From NCBI GenBank assembly GCA_012799185.1, contig JAAZLS010000074.1, forward strand, positions 781-64,780: a stretch of 64,000 bases of DNA, given 5' to 3'. Positions 52,852 to 63,551 of the stretch are shown piece after piece. Origin of the DNA: Bacillota bacterium. GTDB taxonomy: Bacteria; Bacillota; Dethiobacteria; DTU022. Within the stretch, counting starts at the first letter, position 1. The number at the start of each line of letters is the position of its first letter. Made by a program: the position numbers and the translations under genes. The notes beneath the pieces were generated by a model. It had not been told where the DNA came from. It searched no databases and was given only the letters and a program-made list of their open reading frames with translations.

Positions 52852-53690
52852 TTTTCCTCCGCCTCCTTTTTCCCCAGTCCGGCCAGGGCCTCTTTAAGCT
52901 GTTCCCGGTTGGGGGCAACCCCATGCCATTCCACCCGGTTTTCCATAAATGGCACCCCTTTCCCTTTTACGGTTTCGGCGATAATCATGGTCGGTTGACC
53001 TCGCCGACAGTGGGCCTCCTCTACTGCCGCCAGGATCTCCGAAAAGCTATGGCCGTCAATCGAGAGGACGTTCCACCCAAAGGAGCACCATTTATCGGCC
53101 AACGGTTCTAGGTTTTTTACCTGGTCCGTCGGCCCGTCAATCTGAAGCCCATTATAATCTAAAAAAGCGGTCAGGTTATCCAACCGGTAGTGAGAGGAGG
53201 TCATCGCCGCCTCCCAGACTTGCCCCTCCTGGCATTCTCCATCACCCAGGACTACGTAAACCCGCCAGGGAGCATCATCCAGCCGGGCGGCCAGGGCCAT
53301 CCCGTTGGCTACCGAGAGCCCCTGCCCCAAGGACCCGGTGGAAACCTCTACCCCGGGCAGGCAATGGCGCGCCGGGTGTCCCTGTAGGGGGGAGCCCAGG
53401 CGGCGCAGGGTAGAAAGGGTATCCCGGGGAAAAAACCCCCGGGAAGCCAGGGCGGCATAAAGCACCGGGGCGGCATGCCCCTTGGAAAGAACCAGGCGAT
53501 CCCGGTCCTCCGCCCCCGGTCGGCGGGGATCAAGGGTCATGATTTTAAAATAGAGGGCGGTAAAGATCTCTACCAGGGAGAGTGAACCCCCCGGGTGGCC
53601 CGAACCGGCGGCGGCAATCATCGATAGGATATCGATCCGCAGGAGACGGGCCTGCTCTTGCAACCGCCTAATCTCTTCTGCTGCCAGCAT
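52848..53690 (-). CDS. Transketolase, N-terminal (TPP-binding) subunit
   Basis: 280 aa with the GSGHPGGSLS and GDGECQEG thiamine-diphosphate motifs. Confidence 0.9.
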   Translation of the reverse strand: MLAAEEIRRLQEQARLLRIDILSMIAAAGSGHPGGSLSLVEIFTALYFKIMTLDPRRPGAEDRDRLVLSKGHAAPVLYAALASRGFFPRDTLSTLRRLGSPLQGHPARHCLPGVEVSTGSLGQGLSVANGMALAARLDDAPWRVYVVLGDGECQEGQVWEAAMTSSHYRLDNLTAFLDYNGLQIDGPTDQVKNLEPLADKWCSFGWNVLSIDGHSFSEILAAVEEAHCRRGQPTMIIAETVKGKGVPFMENRVEWHGVAPNREQLKEALAGLGKKEAEEN

Positions 53691-53732
53691 TTCTCCAACT
53701 CCTTTATTTGATTCGTGAATTCCTTTATTAAA

Positions 53733-54611
53733 TTAGGGGGATAGGCGTCGGAAACCCTCCCCGTGAACTTCATTAGCACTGCCAATTATAAAAAATGCCT
53801 CCGGATCGCCTTCCTGGACAATCGTTTTTAGCTGGGCTACCTGCAGGCGGTTAACTACACATAGCAGAAGCTCCCGCGGCTCCCCGGTATAGGCCCCCCG
53901 GCCCGATAGCCGGGTTACCCCCCGGTTTAACTCTACCAGCAGACGATCGGCAATAACCTGGCCCCGGGAGGTAATAATAAGGACCGACTTGGCTAATCCT
54001 AGGCCCTCCTGGACCACATCGATCACATAGGTGCTTACGAATAAAGAGAGGGCGGCATACATGGCCACCTCTCCGCCAAAAGCAAAAAGCCCCAGGGCAA
54101 TAATTACCAGATCGCTATAGAGGATCCCCTGGCCGGTGCTTAACCCGATTAACCGGTGCAGAATCAGGGAGATCAGGGAGGTGCCTCCGGTAGAACCACG
54201 GGACCGGAAAACAATCCCGATGCCGATCCCCATTAATATTCCCCCATAGACCGCGGCCAGCAAGATATCCCCGGTAGCCACCAGGGGAAGGTAAAGTGAT
54301 ACCAGTTCCGAAACAGCAGAAAATATTAAAGTCCCCAGGAGGCTGCGAACTACTACCTGTGGGCCCAGGAAAAAATAGGCTGCAATAAATAGGGGGACAT
54401 TGATTAACAGGATGCTTACCCCTACCGGCAGCTTAAATAGGTAAAATATTATTACTGCCAAACCGCTGGCCCCACCCGCTGCCAGGCGATGGGGGATTAA
54501 AAACAGAACCAGGGAAAAAGCCATAAATATGGTCCCGATAATTATCCCCAGGATTTCCCCGGCGGTCTTTTTCAATTTTGCTTTATCTAGTTTTGGTAGT
54601 TTAATTTTCAT
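53733..54611 (-). CDS. YitT-family membrane protein (DUF161/DUF2179)
   Basis: 292 aa with 5-6 TM segments plus a C-terminal DUF2179-like soluble domain. Confidence 0.7.
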   Translation of the reverse strand: MKIKLPKLDKAKLKKTAGEILGIIIGTIFMAFSLVLFLIPHRLAAGGASGLAVIIFYLFKLPVGVSILLINVPLFIAAYFFLGPQVVVRSLLGTLIFSAVSELVSLYLPLVATGDILLAAVYGGILMGIGIGIVFRSRGSTGGTSLISLILHRLIGLSTGQGILYSDLVIIALGLFAFGGEVAMYAALSLFVSTYVIDVVQEGLGLAKSVLIITSRGQVIADRLLVELNRGVTRLSGRGAYTGEPRELLLCVVNRLQVAQLKTIVQEGDPEAFFIIGSANEVHGEGFRRLSP

Positions 54612-54613
54612 CT

Positions 54614-55739
54614 TTACTCCCCGGCCTCCGACCGGCGGTAGCCAGCCTGCCGTCGTAGATAAGAGTTTATAAATCGGTCCAGCTCGCCGTTCATTACCGC
54701 CTCCACCTGGCCCACCTCCACCCCGGTACGGTGATCTTTAACCAGGGTAAAAGGGTGAAAGATGTAGGAGCGAATCTGGTTGCCCCAGGCGATATCTTTC
54801 TGCGGCCCCCGCAGGTTCTCAATCTCCCGATCCAGTTCCTGGCGGCGCATCTCCGCCAGCCGGGCCTGTAAAATCCGTAATGCATGTCGGCGATTACTAT
54901 GCTGGGAGCGATCTTTCTGACAGGTGGCCGCCAGGCCGGTCGGAAGGTGAATGATGCGCACCGCTGAATCGGTCTTGTTTACATGTTGCCCTCCTGCCCC
55001 GCTGGCCCGGAAAGTCTCCATTTTCAATTCATCGGGGTTTAACTCATACTCCTCTTCCTCCACCTGGGGGATTACATCAACCGAAGTGAAGGAGGTATGG
55101 CGGCGACGGGCGGTATCGAAAGGAGAGATCCGCACCATGCGGTGTACCCCTTTTTCTGATTTCAGAAGCCCGTACGCCCGGTGCCCCCGGATAATCACGG
55201 TGGCGCTTTTAATCCCTGCCTCATCATCGGTCAAAAGCTCGGCTAGCTCCACCTCAAACCCTTTTTCCTCAGCCCAGCGGCAATACATCCTAAGCAACAT
55301 CTCGGCCCAATCCTGGGATTCCAGGCCCCCGGCGCCGGGGTGAATAGAGAGGATGGCATCGCTGGAATCATGCTCCCCGCTAAACATGGTCTCCAGTTCC
55401 AGCTGATCCAATTTTTTTGCAAGTAGATTTAGCCTGTTGCCGGCCTCTGCAGAGGCCTCCTCCCGCCCAAACTCTTCCTCTTCCGCCAACTCCAATAAAA
55501 TCTCCGTCTCCTCCAGAAGCTCGTTAATTTCGTTTAGCGGGCGAAGTTGCTCGCCTAGGCCCCCGATCTCTTTTAAAATTTGCCGGGCCCGGGAGGCATC
55601 TTCCCAAAAATCCGGGAGGGAGGCCTCTTTTTCCAACCGGCGCAGCTCCCTTGATTTCTCTTCATATTCAAAGAGAATCCCTCGTCTCTAGAAAACGCCC
55701 TCTTAATTGTTCCCATTCTTTCCGTATCTCTCTGGTCAT
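54614..55739 (-). CDS. prfB: Peptide chain release factor 2, with programmed +1 ribosomal frameshift
   Basis: ORF1 MTREIRKEWEQLRGRFLETRDSL ends at CTT TGA. Skipping one nt continues as EYEEKSRELRRLEKEASLPDFWED... through the GGQHVNKTDSAVR motif to the stop at 54614. Confidence 0.85.
55668..55673 (-). other. RF2 autoregulatory frameshift site CTT TGA (shift-prone Leu codon followed by an in-frame UGA), with an AGGGA Shine-Dalgarno-like element just upstream
   Basis: Read directly in the minus-strand translation; matches the canonical prfB frameshift architecture. Confidence 0.75.
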
Positions 55740-55753
55740 AATCCACCTCTATT

Positions 55754-58744
55754 TTATTTTCCACAACATCGTTTATATTTTTTCCCGCTGCCGCAGGGAC
55801 AGGGATCGTTGCGCCCAATTCTCTTGGCTACCCGGACCGGTTCCGGCTTTTGTGCTGCCGGGGGAACGGCGGCAGGGGCACCGCTAGGCGCCCCCATCCT
55901 AGCAACTTTACCGGCGGCCCCTCCTCCCACCGGGGCCATAGGCTGGTGCGAAGCGGTAGCGGTAGCCACCATGTCCCGGCTCCGGGGAGGAGCCACTACC
56001 CGCAACAGGTAGATTAACCGGGTAACCTCCCCCTGGATCGAACCGATCATGGCTTCAAACATGTCGTACCCTTCCCGGCGGTACTCTACCAGCGGGTCCT
56101 GTTGCCCATAGGCCCGCAGGCCGATACTCTGGCGCAACTCATGCATGGCGTCGATATGATCCATCCAGTGACTGTCCACCGTGCGCAGAAGTACCCCCCG
56201 CTCTAACTGACGCATAACCCCCGCACCAATCTCTTCTTCCCGTTGTTCGTAATGGGCTAGCGCCTCCGCCAACAGCAGCTGTTGCACCTGTTCCTTATCC
56301 AGATCTACCAGGGAGGTTGGCTCTACCCGCCCCGGGGAAAGGAAATAACGTTCCCCCTCCCGGACCAACAGCTCCGCCCCCGCCAGTTCCAAGAAAGAGC
56401 GCTCCATAAAATAGGGTTGTAACAGGCGATCGATCGTCTTCTCAACCATGTTCAGAATCGGCCGGCGCATCTCCGCCCCCTCCAGGACCTGTTGCCGCTG
56501 TTCATAAATTACCCGCCGCTGTTCATTTAAAACATCGTCATATTCCAATAGGTGCCGCCGGATTTCAAAGTTCCGGGACTCTACTTTTTTCTGAGCCCGT
56601 TCAATAGCACCGCTGATCAGGGGATGATCGATCGGCATATCCTCCTCCATCCCCAGCCGATCCATAATCGAGGCGATATTGTCGCCGCCGAAGAGACGCA
56701 TCAGGTCATCTTCCAGGGAGATGAAAAACTGGGAGGAACCCGGATCCCCCTGTCTCCCGGCCCGGCCCCGCAACTGGTTATCGATACGCCGGCTCTCATG
56801 GCGCTCGGTGCCGAGTACATGCAGGCCACCCAGGCTCAATATCTCTTCCCGTTCCCTTGAAGCCTGCCGGCGGGACTTCTTCACCAGTTCATCGTAACGC
56901 TGCTTACGCTCTATTATTTCCTCCGGTGCCAGCCCCTCCCGGCCGGCATATTCTTTATCAAGCCGTTCCCGGGCCAGGAACTCGGGATTACCTCCTAATA
57001 TAATGTCGGTCCCCCGGCCGGCCATGTTAGTGGAAATAGTAACCGCACCCCTGCGACCGGCCTGGGCAATCACACGGGCCTCCTGGTCGTGATTTACCGC
57101 GTTCAACACGTTATGGGGTATTTTATGGCGCTTGAGCATCCGACTAAGCGCTTCGGAGCGTTCAACGGAGATGGTCCCCACCAACACCGGTTGTCCGCGG
57201 CGATGACGTTCGGCAATCTCTTCAACCGTAGCGTTAAACTTGGCCCGTTCAGTCTTGAAAATCATGTCGGGCAGGTCCTGGCGAATCATCGGTTCATTGG
57301 TCGGGATTACCACCACGTCCATCCCGTAAATTTTCCGAAACTCTTCCTCCTCGGTAGCGGCGGTACCAGTCATTCCGGAGAGCTTTTCATACATGCGAAA
57401 ATAGTTCTGAAAGGTGATGGAGGCAACCGTGCGGCTATCAGCCTGCACCTCGACCCCTTCCTTAACCTCGATCGCCTGGTGAATCCCCTCCGAGTAACGG
57501 CGGCCAAACATGAGGCGACCGGTAAACTCATCAACAATAATAACCTTGCCCTCCTGCACCACGTAGTCTACATCCCGCTCATAGAGCGAATAAGCCTTTA
57601 ACAGCTGATGCAGGTAATGGAGATGTTGCCCCGCCTCCGGATCCCTATCTTCCAGGCTTTCACCGGCGCCGCCCTTCTCAAATCCTAGAACCCGTTCCAA
57701 CTCCGCGTTCCCCCGCACTAATTCCCGGTATCCCTGCTGGGAGATGGAGACAGCCCGGGTAATTTCATCAATCGAAAAATAGAGCTCTTCCTCTGCTGCC
57801 TTGTCACTCTTCTCAGCCATTAATTGGTGCCGGATCCGCTCCACCAATCTCTCTACCCCCGGCTCCTTCAGCATGTTTAAGAGCTGACGGTTCTTGGGCG
57901 CACCGCGGCGGGCTAGGAATAGCAGCTCCCCGGCCTCCTCATGTAGCCCCTCTTCCAGGTATTGCTGCGCCCGGTTCAATAGCTCACTAATCAGTCGTTG
58001 CTGCTTTTTAATCAGCCGCCCTACCTCACCCTTCCAGCGCCCGTATTCCGATTTTGATTCTACCGGGCTACTGATGATCAGCGGAGTGCGGGCCTCATCG
58101 ATCAGGATACTGTCCACCTCGTCAACAATGGCAAAGTGAAGTTCCCGCTGCACCTGCCTCTCTTTGTCCAGGACCATGTTATCGCGCAGGTAATCAAAGC
58201 CAAACTCGTTGTTGGTCCCGTATACTATATCGGCCGAGTAGGCCCTCTGCCGCTGCTCCCGGTTTAGCCCATGAACAATCAACCCTACCTCCAGCCCCAA
58301 CAGGCGGAAAATAGGGCCCATCCATTCGCTATCCCGGCGGGCCAGGTAATCGTTGACGGTAATAACATGAACTCCCTTTCCCGTCAAGGCGTTAAGGTAG
58401 GCCGGCATAACCGCCACCAGGGTCTTTCCCTCCCCGGTCTTCATCTCGGCGATACGCCCCCGGTGGAGCACTATTCCCCCCAGTACCTGCACATCGAAGG
58501 GACGCATCCCGGTAGCCCGGCGGGAGGCCTCCCGGGCCACGGCGAAGGCCTCCGGGAGAATCTCTTCCAGGGTTGCCCCCTCTTGCAGCCGCTTCCGAAA
58601 GAAAGCAGTCTTTTGCGGAAGCTCTCCCGTCTCCAGGGAGGCGATCGCCGGCTCCAGCTCGTTTACCTGTTCCACGATCTTCTGCAGGCGACGGATCTCT
58701 TTTTCATTGGAATCTCCAAAAAGCCTTTGAAGGATTCCAGCCAT
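55754..58744 (-). CDS. secA: Preprotein translocase ATPase SecA
   Basis: DEAD-motor motifs and the C-terminal zinc finger [13 protein letters not shown]. Probable start at [11 protein letters not shown]. Confidence 0.95.
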   Translation of the reverse strand: MAGILQRLFGDSNEKEIRRLQKIVEQVNELEPAIASLETGELPQKTAFFRKRLQEGATLEEILPEAFAVAREASRRATGMRPFDVQVLGGIVLHRGRIAEMKTGEGKTLVAVMPAYLNALTGKGVHVITVNDYLARRDSEWMGPIFRLLGLEVGLIVHGLNREQRQRAYSADIVYGTNNEFGFDYLRDNMVLDKERQVQRELHFAIVDEVDSILIDEARTPLIISSPVESKSEYGRWKGEVGRLIKKQQRLISELLNRAQQYLEEGLHEEAGELLFLARRGAPKNRQLLNMLKEPGVERLVERIRHQLMAEKSDKAAEEELYFSIDEITRAVSISQQGYRELVRGNAELERVLGFEKGGAGESLEDRDPEAGQHLHYLHQLLKAYSLYERDVDYVVQEGKVIIVDEFTGRLMFGRRYSEGIHQAIEVKEGVEVQADSRTVASITFQNYFRMYEKLSGMTGTAATEEEEFRKIYGMDVVVIPTNEPMIRQDLPDMIFKTERAKFNATVEEIAERHRRGQPVLVGTISVERSEALSRMLKRHKIPHNVLNAVNHDQEARVIAQAGRRGAVTISTNMAGRGTDIILGGNPEFLARERLDKEYAGREGLAPEEIIERKQRYDELVKKSRRQASREREEILSLGGLHVLGTERHESRRIDNQLRGRAGRQGDPGSSQFFISLEDDLMRLFGGDNIASIMDRLGMEEDMPIDHPLISGAIERAQKKVESRNFEIRRHLLEYDDVLNEQRRVIYEQRQQVLEGAEMRRPILNMVEKTIDRLLQPYFMERSFLELAGAELLVREGERYFLSPGRVEPTSLVDLDKEQVQQLLLAEALAHYEQREEEIGAGVMRQLERGVLLRTVDSHWMDHIDAMHELRQSIGLRAYGQQDPLVEYRREGYDMFEAMIGSIQGEVTRLIYLLRVVAPPRSRDMVATATASHQPMAPVGGGAAGKVARMGAPSGAPAAVPPAAQKPEPVRVAKRIGRNDPCPCGSGKKYKRCCGK

Positions 58745-58823
58745 TGCTAAGGGCCCCCTTTTTCCTGAATCCACAGATAACAATATAACATTTTATCATA
58801 GCTAAAAGCCGGTAGACAAGGGC

Positions 58824-59945
58824 TTATAAACAGTTATTACCAGGATTGAGCTCTTCTGCTATCGCCCATAGGCTGCCGGACACCAGGGAATGTCCCCCCA
58901 ACAAGACCGGAATCGGGCAGAAAAAAGCCTCCCGGGTAAAATTTTTCAACCAAGGATGCTCAATCTCCTCAAACCGTCCCAGATCGGAGAGAAACCGCTC
59001 CCGATCCGAAAAACTATACCGGTTATGAGCCATGAAAAGCCGGCTGTCGATAAAGGCCGCATCGGCGACCCGGGAAAGATAGTGAAAAAAATCCGGCAGG
59101 CCGGCCCGTTCAAGCAGGTATCCCATCAGGGAGGCTACCTCTTTTCTTTCTAACCGCCCCAGGGCTTTCATCCCCCGCTCCTCGGAGAAGACACGCAATC
59201 TAATTCTAAGGCGGGAGTTGAGGCGTTCCATCACCGGAGCCCCTACCCGGCCGATCAGCACTATCTCCCGATAATTACCGTTTAAGACCTGCTTGGCCCG
59301 CCGCAGGCGGGAATAGTCCCAATCCAGCTCCGCAAGACAGGCCCGCGTCCGGGCGCCGGCAAAAGGGCTATCACCCAAGACGAGAGCATCGATCGGGGTA
59401 TCCAGGTCAAATAAGAGCCCCGGGGAAAGGGGCGTAAGCTCAAGCTTTAGCCCTAACCGATCCCGTAAGGCGGTCGCCAAAACATTATCCATCGCCGGCA
59501 GCTCGATCCGATTAAATGCCCCGCTAATATTAAAAGCAACTAGGTCCGCCGACTGAATATTGTTTGTAATTAGCCGGCCGGTACCTCCTGACAGGCGCCG
59601 GCATATAGCTGATATTTCCTCCTCCTTGATCAAGGGACAGCCAGCGCCGCTAAAATAAAATACCTTTGATAGACGGTGCTTCAAGACTAGCCGTTTTAGC
59701 TCCTCCCCGAAATGAAATGAACGGGGTAAGAGTCGGTTTACAGCTACCGTCGCCCCCTTCGCCCGGGCCAGTTCCGCCAGCCGGCGGTTATTGGTAGCTA
59801 GGTAAACCTGTCCGATCTCTTTAACCCGGTTAAGTTTGTCTAAATTGTCAAGCAGGGCAGCGGCACGCACCGCGGCTAGTTCTCGCTCTACCAGGCTCCC
59901 CGGGGAGCCCCCTTCAAATATAACAGCGTTAACCGGCTCGTTCAT
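58824..59945 (-). CDS. Hypothetical cytoplasmic protein of unknown function, inserted between hpf and secA
   Basis: 373 aa with no TM segments and no motif I can assign with confidence. Confidence 0.5.
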   Translation of the reverse strand: MNEPVNAVIFEGGSPGSLVERELAAVRAAALLDNLDKLNRVKEIGQVYLATNNRRLAELARAKGATVAVNRLLPRSFHFGEELKRLVLKHRLSKVFYFSGAGCPLIKEEEISAICRRLSGGTGRLITNNIQSADLVAFNISGAFNRIELPAMDNVLATALRDRLGLKLELTPLSPGLLFDLDTPIDALVLGDSPFAGARTRACLAELDWDYSRLRRAKQVLNGNYREIVLIGRVGAPVMERLNSRLRIRLRVFSEERGMKALGRLERKEVASLMGYLLERAGLPDFFHYLSRVADAAFIDSRLFMAHNRYSFSDRERFLSDLGRFEEIEHPWLKNFTREAFFCPIPVLLGGHSLVSGSLWAIAEELNPGNNCL

Positions 59946-59970
59946 TCACCGCTCCCTTCTGGCCATTATT

Positions 59971-60507
59971 TTAAGTTTCCGGATCAATTAAACCGTAATC
60001 GCCGTCCCGCCGCCGGTAGAGAACATTCACCCGGTTGTTGTAGGCATTAACGAAAACAAAGAAACTATGCCCCAGCAGGTTCATCTGCAGGATGGCTTCC
60101 TCTAAATCCATCGGTTTTAAGGGGAAACGCTTGGTTTTAACTACTTTTTCTTCCCTGTATTTCTCCTCAGATTGCAAAGAGGCTAGCTTTTCACTGGCCG
60201 CCCGTAGCCCTTTCTGGCGCATGGATTTGATTAAACGGGTTTTATATTTGGCTACCTGTCTTTCCAGCTTTGAAACTACCTTATCAATCGAGGCGTACAT
60301 ATCACCGGTCGATTCTTCCCCGCGCAGGATCAAACCGTTAACAATAACTGTCACCTCTACGATATGATTTTCCCGGACCACGCTCATTACTACCTGGGCA
60401 CCGGCTTCCTTCCCAAAATACTTGGAGAGCTTCCCTAGTTTTTTGTTGGCATACTCCACTAGCGCCGAAGTAACTTCGATGTTTTTTCCCCTAACCGTTA
60501 TATCCAT
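59971..60507 (-). CDS. hpf: Ribosome hibernation-promoting factor (long HPF/YvyD)
   Basis: The N-terminal S30AE domain (ITVRGKNIEVTSALVEYANKKL) and a C-terminal dimerisation domain are present. Start MDIT is preceded by AAGGAGG. Confidence 0.85.
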   Translation of the reverse strand: MDITVRGKNIEVTSALVEYANKKLGKLSKYFGKEAGAQVVMSVVRENHIVEVTVIVNGLILRGEESTGDMYASIDKVVSKLERQVAKYKTRLIKSMRQKGLRAASEKLASLQSEEKYREEKVVKTKRFPLKPMDLEEAILQMNLLGHSFFVFVNAYNNRVNVLYRRRDGDYGLIDPET

Positions 60508-60607
60508 CAGCATCCTCCTTTTTTCTCTTATCATTACTATTCCCTGGAAGTTGCAAAATTCCTACAAAAAAAGGCTTATTAAAATGCAGGCTAATGGGAT
60601 CCTCCTG

Positions 60608-61324
60608 TCAGTTAAATGACTGGAAGGCGGCTACTGCACCGTATATCTTCATCCCGGGACGACTTAATACCGCCGCCGCCTCTTTCATGGTGGCACCGGT
60701 AGTGTAGATATCATCCACCAGGAGAAGGCTATTCCCCGGTGGAATAACCTCCAACGACGCAAAGGTACCCGCCACGTTCCGATGCCGCTCCCGGCGGGAA
60801 AGACCGGTTTGTGAAGGGTTATCCTTGACCTTTTTTAAGGCTGGGACCAGCGGTACCTTTAGTAGAACAGCTACCCGGCGAGCTACCAGCTCCGCCTGGT
60901 TATACCCCCGCCGGGTTAGTTTCCGGGGATGGAGGGGGATATAGGTGACCAGATCCGGGGTCCAACCGACCTCCAGCAGGGCCATCCCTAACCACTCCCC
61001 CAGGGGGCGGGCCAGATGCCGCCCCCCCCGGTATTTCAACCGGTGTAACATTTTCCGGAACTCACCCCGGTAAAAGGAGAGGGCAAAGAGGGACCGGAGC
61101 GGGCTATTACCGGGGCAACAGTCTTTAGCGCCCGGGTGGAAAGAGCCGCACCGAGGACAATAGGGCCCCGCCATGGGCACCTTTGCCCGGCAGCGGGGAC
61201 AGCAGGGAGGGCCAGGGAGGGCGGTGGCGGGCAAAATCGCCCGGCAAATTAAACAGCGGGGGGGATAGAACAGCCGTAGAAACGCCTCCGGCCAGTAACC
61301 TAGGGTTTTACCGGTCTTATTCAT
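60608..61324 (-). CDS. comFC: ComF-family (ComFC) phosphoribosyltransferase-domain protein
   Basis: The N-terminal Cys-rich zinc-finger (CLICRAIL...CCPRCRA...CPRCG) and the C-terminal PRTase motif LLVDDIYTTGAT are present. Confidence 0.8.
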   Translation of the reverse strand: MNKTGKTLGYWPEAFLRLFYPPRCLICRAILPATALPGPPCCPRCRAKVPMAGPYCPRCGSFHPGAKDCCPGNSPLRSLFALSFYRGEFRKMLHRLKYRGGRHLARPLGEWLGMALLEVGWTPDLVTYIPLHPRKLTRRGYNQAELVARRVAVLLKVPLVPALKKVKDNPSQTGLSRRERHRNVAGTFASLEVIPPGNSLLLVDDIYTTGATMKEAAAVLSRPGMKIYGAVAAFQSFN

Positions 61325-63536
61325 GGCCTATTTTACTCCCCTCCGGCTGCTGTAGCCGACGACCTAAATTACTGTACCGCTGGAGCACCCGATCGTTTTT
61401 AACCGCAATCGCCAGGGCCTTCCAACTCCCTACCAGCACCGCCATGCGGCGGGCCCGGGTAATACCGGTATAGAGCAGGTTGCGCTGCAATAGGGGATAA
61501 TGCTGGGTTAAAACCGGCATGATGATTACCGGGTATTCATTTCCCTGGCTTTTATGCACCGAGACCGCATAGGATAGGGATAGCTCATCCAGTTCACGGA
61601 AATCATAGATTACCGACCGCTCGCCGCCTAAATCCGGGTAGCTAACAGCCAGCTCTCCCTCCTCTAAGTCAATGGAGACAATCCGGCCGATATCACCGTT
61701 GAAGATCTCCTTCCGGTAGTTGTTCCGAATCTGCATAACCTTATCCCCCAGACGAAAAACAGCTCCCTGGCTGCTAACCTCCGGTTTGCAGCGATGGGCC
61801 GGATTTAAAGCCTCCTGCAGAAGGATGTTTAACCGGTCCACCCCGGCGGCGGTCCGTCGCATCGGGGTAATTACTTGGATATCTTCCAAGGGATCAAAGG
61901 GACCGTAATTGGGAATTCTTTCGCGACAAAGCTGTACCACCAGCGAGGCCGCCTTACCCGGCTCTTCCTCCCGAATAAGGAAAAAATCGGTAGAACGGGT
62001 ATTGGCCTGGGGCAATTTGCCCCGGTTGACCCGGTGGGCATTAACTATAATCATACTCTGGCCGGCCTGGCGAAATATTGTCTCCAGCCGTACTGCCGGG
62101 ATTATTTCAGAATCGATGATATCACGAAGTACACTTCCCGCCCCTACCGACGGTAACTGATCCACATCTCCAACCAGGATCAGGCGGCAACCCTCCGGGA
62201 TCGCCTTCAATAGGGAATGCATTAATTGGAGATCTACCATGGAGGCCTCATCGATAATAACAACTCCGGCATCGAGCGGCCGCTCCTCATGGCGCTGGAA
62301 ACGGAAGCCTGTTCCCTCCTGGTAGCCATATTCTAACAACCGGTGTATTGTTGATGCCTCTCCCCCGGTAGTTTCAGCAATCCGGCGGGCCGCCCGGCCG
62401 GTAGGGGCAGCCAGCACAACTTTCTGCTGTAACTTTTCAAACAGGGTAAGCAGGGCCTTGATAGTGGTAGTTTTACCGGTACCCGGTCCCCCGGTAACTA
62501 CCAGCACTCCGCTAGCCAGCGCCTCCTCCAACACCCGGCGCTGGGCCGGCGCCAGGCGGATCGGTCCCCGGTTGGCAGCCTTCAAGGCTTTCTTTACCTC
62601 CTCATCCCCCCAGCTAAGCCGCCTCTCCCGAAGCCGAAGTATCCGCCGGGCCACCCCGGCCTCCGCATAATAGTAGCCGGCCTTGTAGATCGCCTCTCCC
62701 GAATCCAGGGGGATCCGAAATACCCGGCGCCGTTCAGCAAGCTCGGCCACCAGGGCCGCAATCTGATCTGCCGACACCGACGCCCCCCCCGGACCGGAGG
62801 TTAGCTCTCCCACCCTGGAGATTAGCTCTTCCCGAGGGAGATAAACATGGCCGCCCTCCGCCGCCCGGGCTAGGCTATAGATAATTGCCGCCTCGATCCG
62901 TTCCGGAGCCCCGGCCGGGAGGCCCAACTGCCGGGCAATCTTATCCGACGTTTTAAATCCGATACCATAAACCTCTTCCGCCAGACGGTAAGGGTTTTCT
63001 TGCACTTTAGAAACCGTATCCGCTCCGTAATGCCGGTGAAGGCGAAGGATGACCCCGGGGGTTATCCCATAACCCTGTAAAAAAACCATGGCCTGCTGGA
63101 TCTCCCGGTAACGAGCCAATCCGGCAATGATCAGATCGGCCTTTTTGGCCCCGATACCCGGGACCTCCAACAGCCGCTCGGGTTCCTTCTCGATGATAGT
63201 TAACGCCTCAACCCCCAGGTGATCAACAATATTTCCAGCCGTTACCGGTCCAATCCCCTTAATTAAACCGGAGGATAGGTAACGTTTAAGCCCTTCCGCA
63301 GTAACCGGGAGGAGGCGTTCCCACCGTTCTACGGCTAACTGGCGACCGTAGCGTCGGTGAACCTGCCAGGAACCGGTCAACTTTAGCTCTTCTTCTATTT
63401 GGAGTGGGGGGAAATTCCCAACAAAGGTAATCTCCTCTCCCCCCCGGCAGCGCAGGCAACCCACCAGGAAAGAACTCTCCCCGTTATAATAAATGATCCG
63501 TTCCAGGCTACCGGTAAATTCCTTCATAGCTATCAC
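61317..63536 (-). CDS. recD2: RecD2-like ATP-dependent DNA helicase (HhH + SF1 helicase)
   Basis: N-terminal HhH repeats (GIGPVTAGNIV, PGIGAKKADLI), Walker A GGPGTGKTT, and an SF1B-like C-terminus. Confidence 0.85.
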   Translation of the reverse strand: MIAMKEFTGSLERIIYYNGESSFLVGCLRCRGGEEITFVGNFPPLQIEEELKLTGSWQVHRRYGRQLAVERWERLLPVTAEGLKRYLSSGLIKGIGPVTAGNIVDHLGVEALTIIEKEPERLLEVPGIGAKKADLIIAGLARYREIQQAMVFLQGYGITPGVILRLHRHYGADTVSKVQENPYRLAEEVYGIGFKTSDKIARQLGLPAGAPERIEAAIIYSLARAAEGGHVYLPREELISRVGELTSGPGGASVSADQIAALVAELAERRRVFRIPLDSGEAIYKAGYYYAEAGVARRILRLRERRLSWGDEEVKKALKAANRGPIRLAPAQRRVLEEALASGVLVVTGGPGTGKTTTIKALLTLFEKLQQKVVLAAPTGRAARRIAETTGGEASTIHRLLEYGYQEGTGFRFQRHEERPLDAGVVIIDEASMVDLQLMHSLLKAIPEGCRLILVGDVDQLPSVGAGSVLRDIIDSEIIPAVRLETIFRQAGQSMIIVNAHRVNRGKLPQANTRSTDFFLIREEEPGKAASLVVQLCRERIPNYGPFDPLEDIQVITPMRRTAAGVDRLNILLQEALNPAHRCKPEVSSQGAVFRLGDKVMQIRNNYRKEIFNGDIGRIVSIDLEEGELAVSYPDLGGERSVIYDFRELDELSLSYAVSVHKSQGNEYPVIIMPVLTQHYPLLQRNLLYTGITRARRMAVLVGSWKALAIAVKNDRVLQRYSNLGRRLQQPEGSKIGHE

Positions 63537-63551
63537 CTCCCGGCGGCCGGA

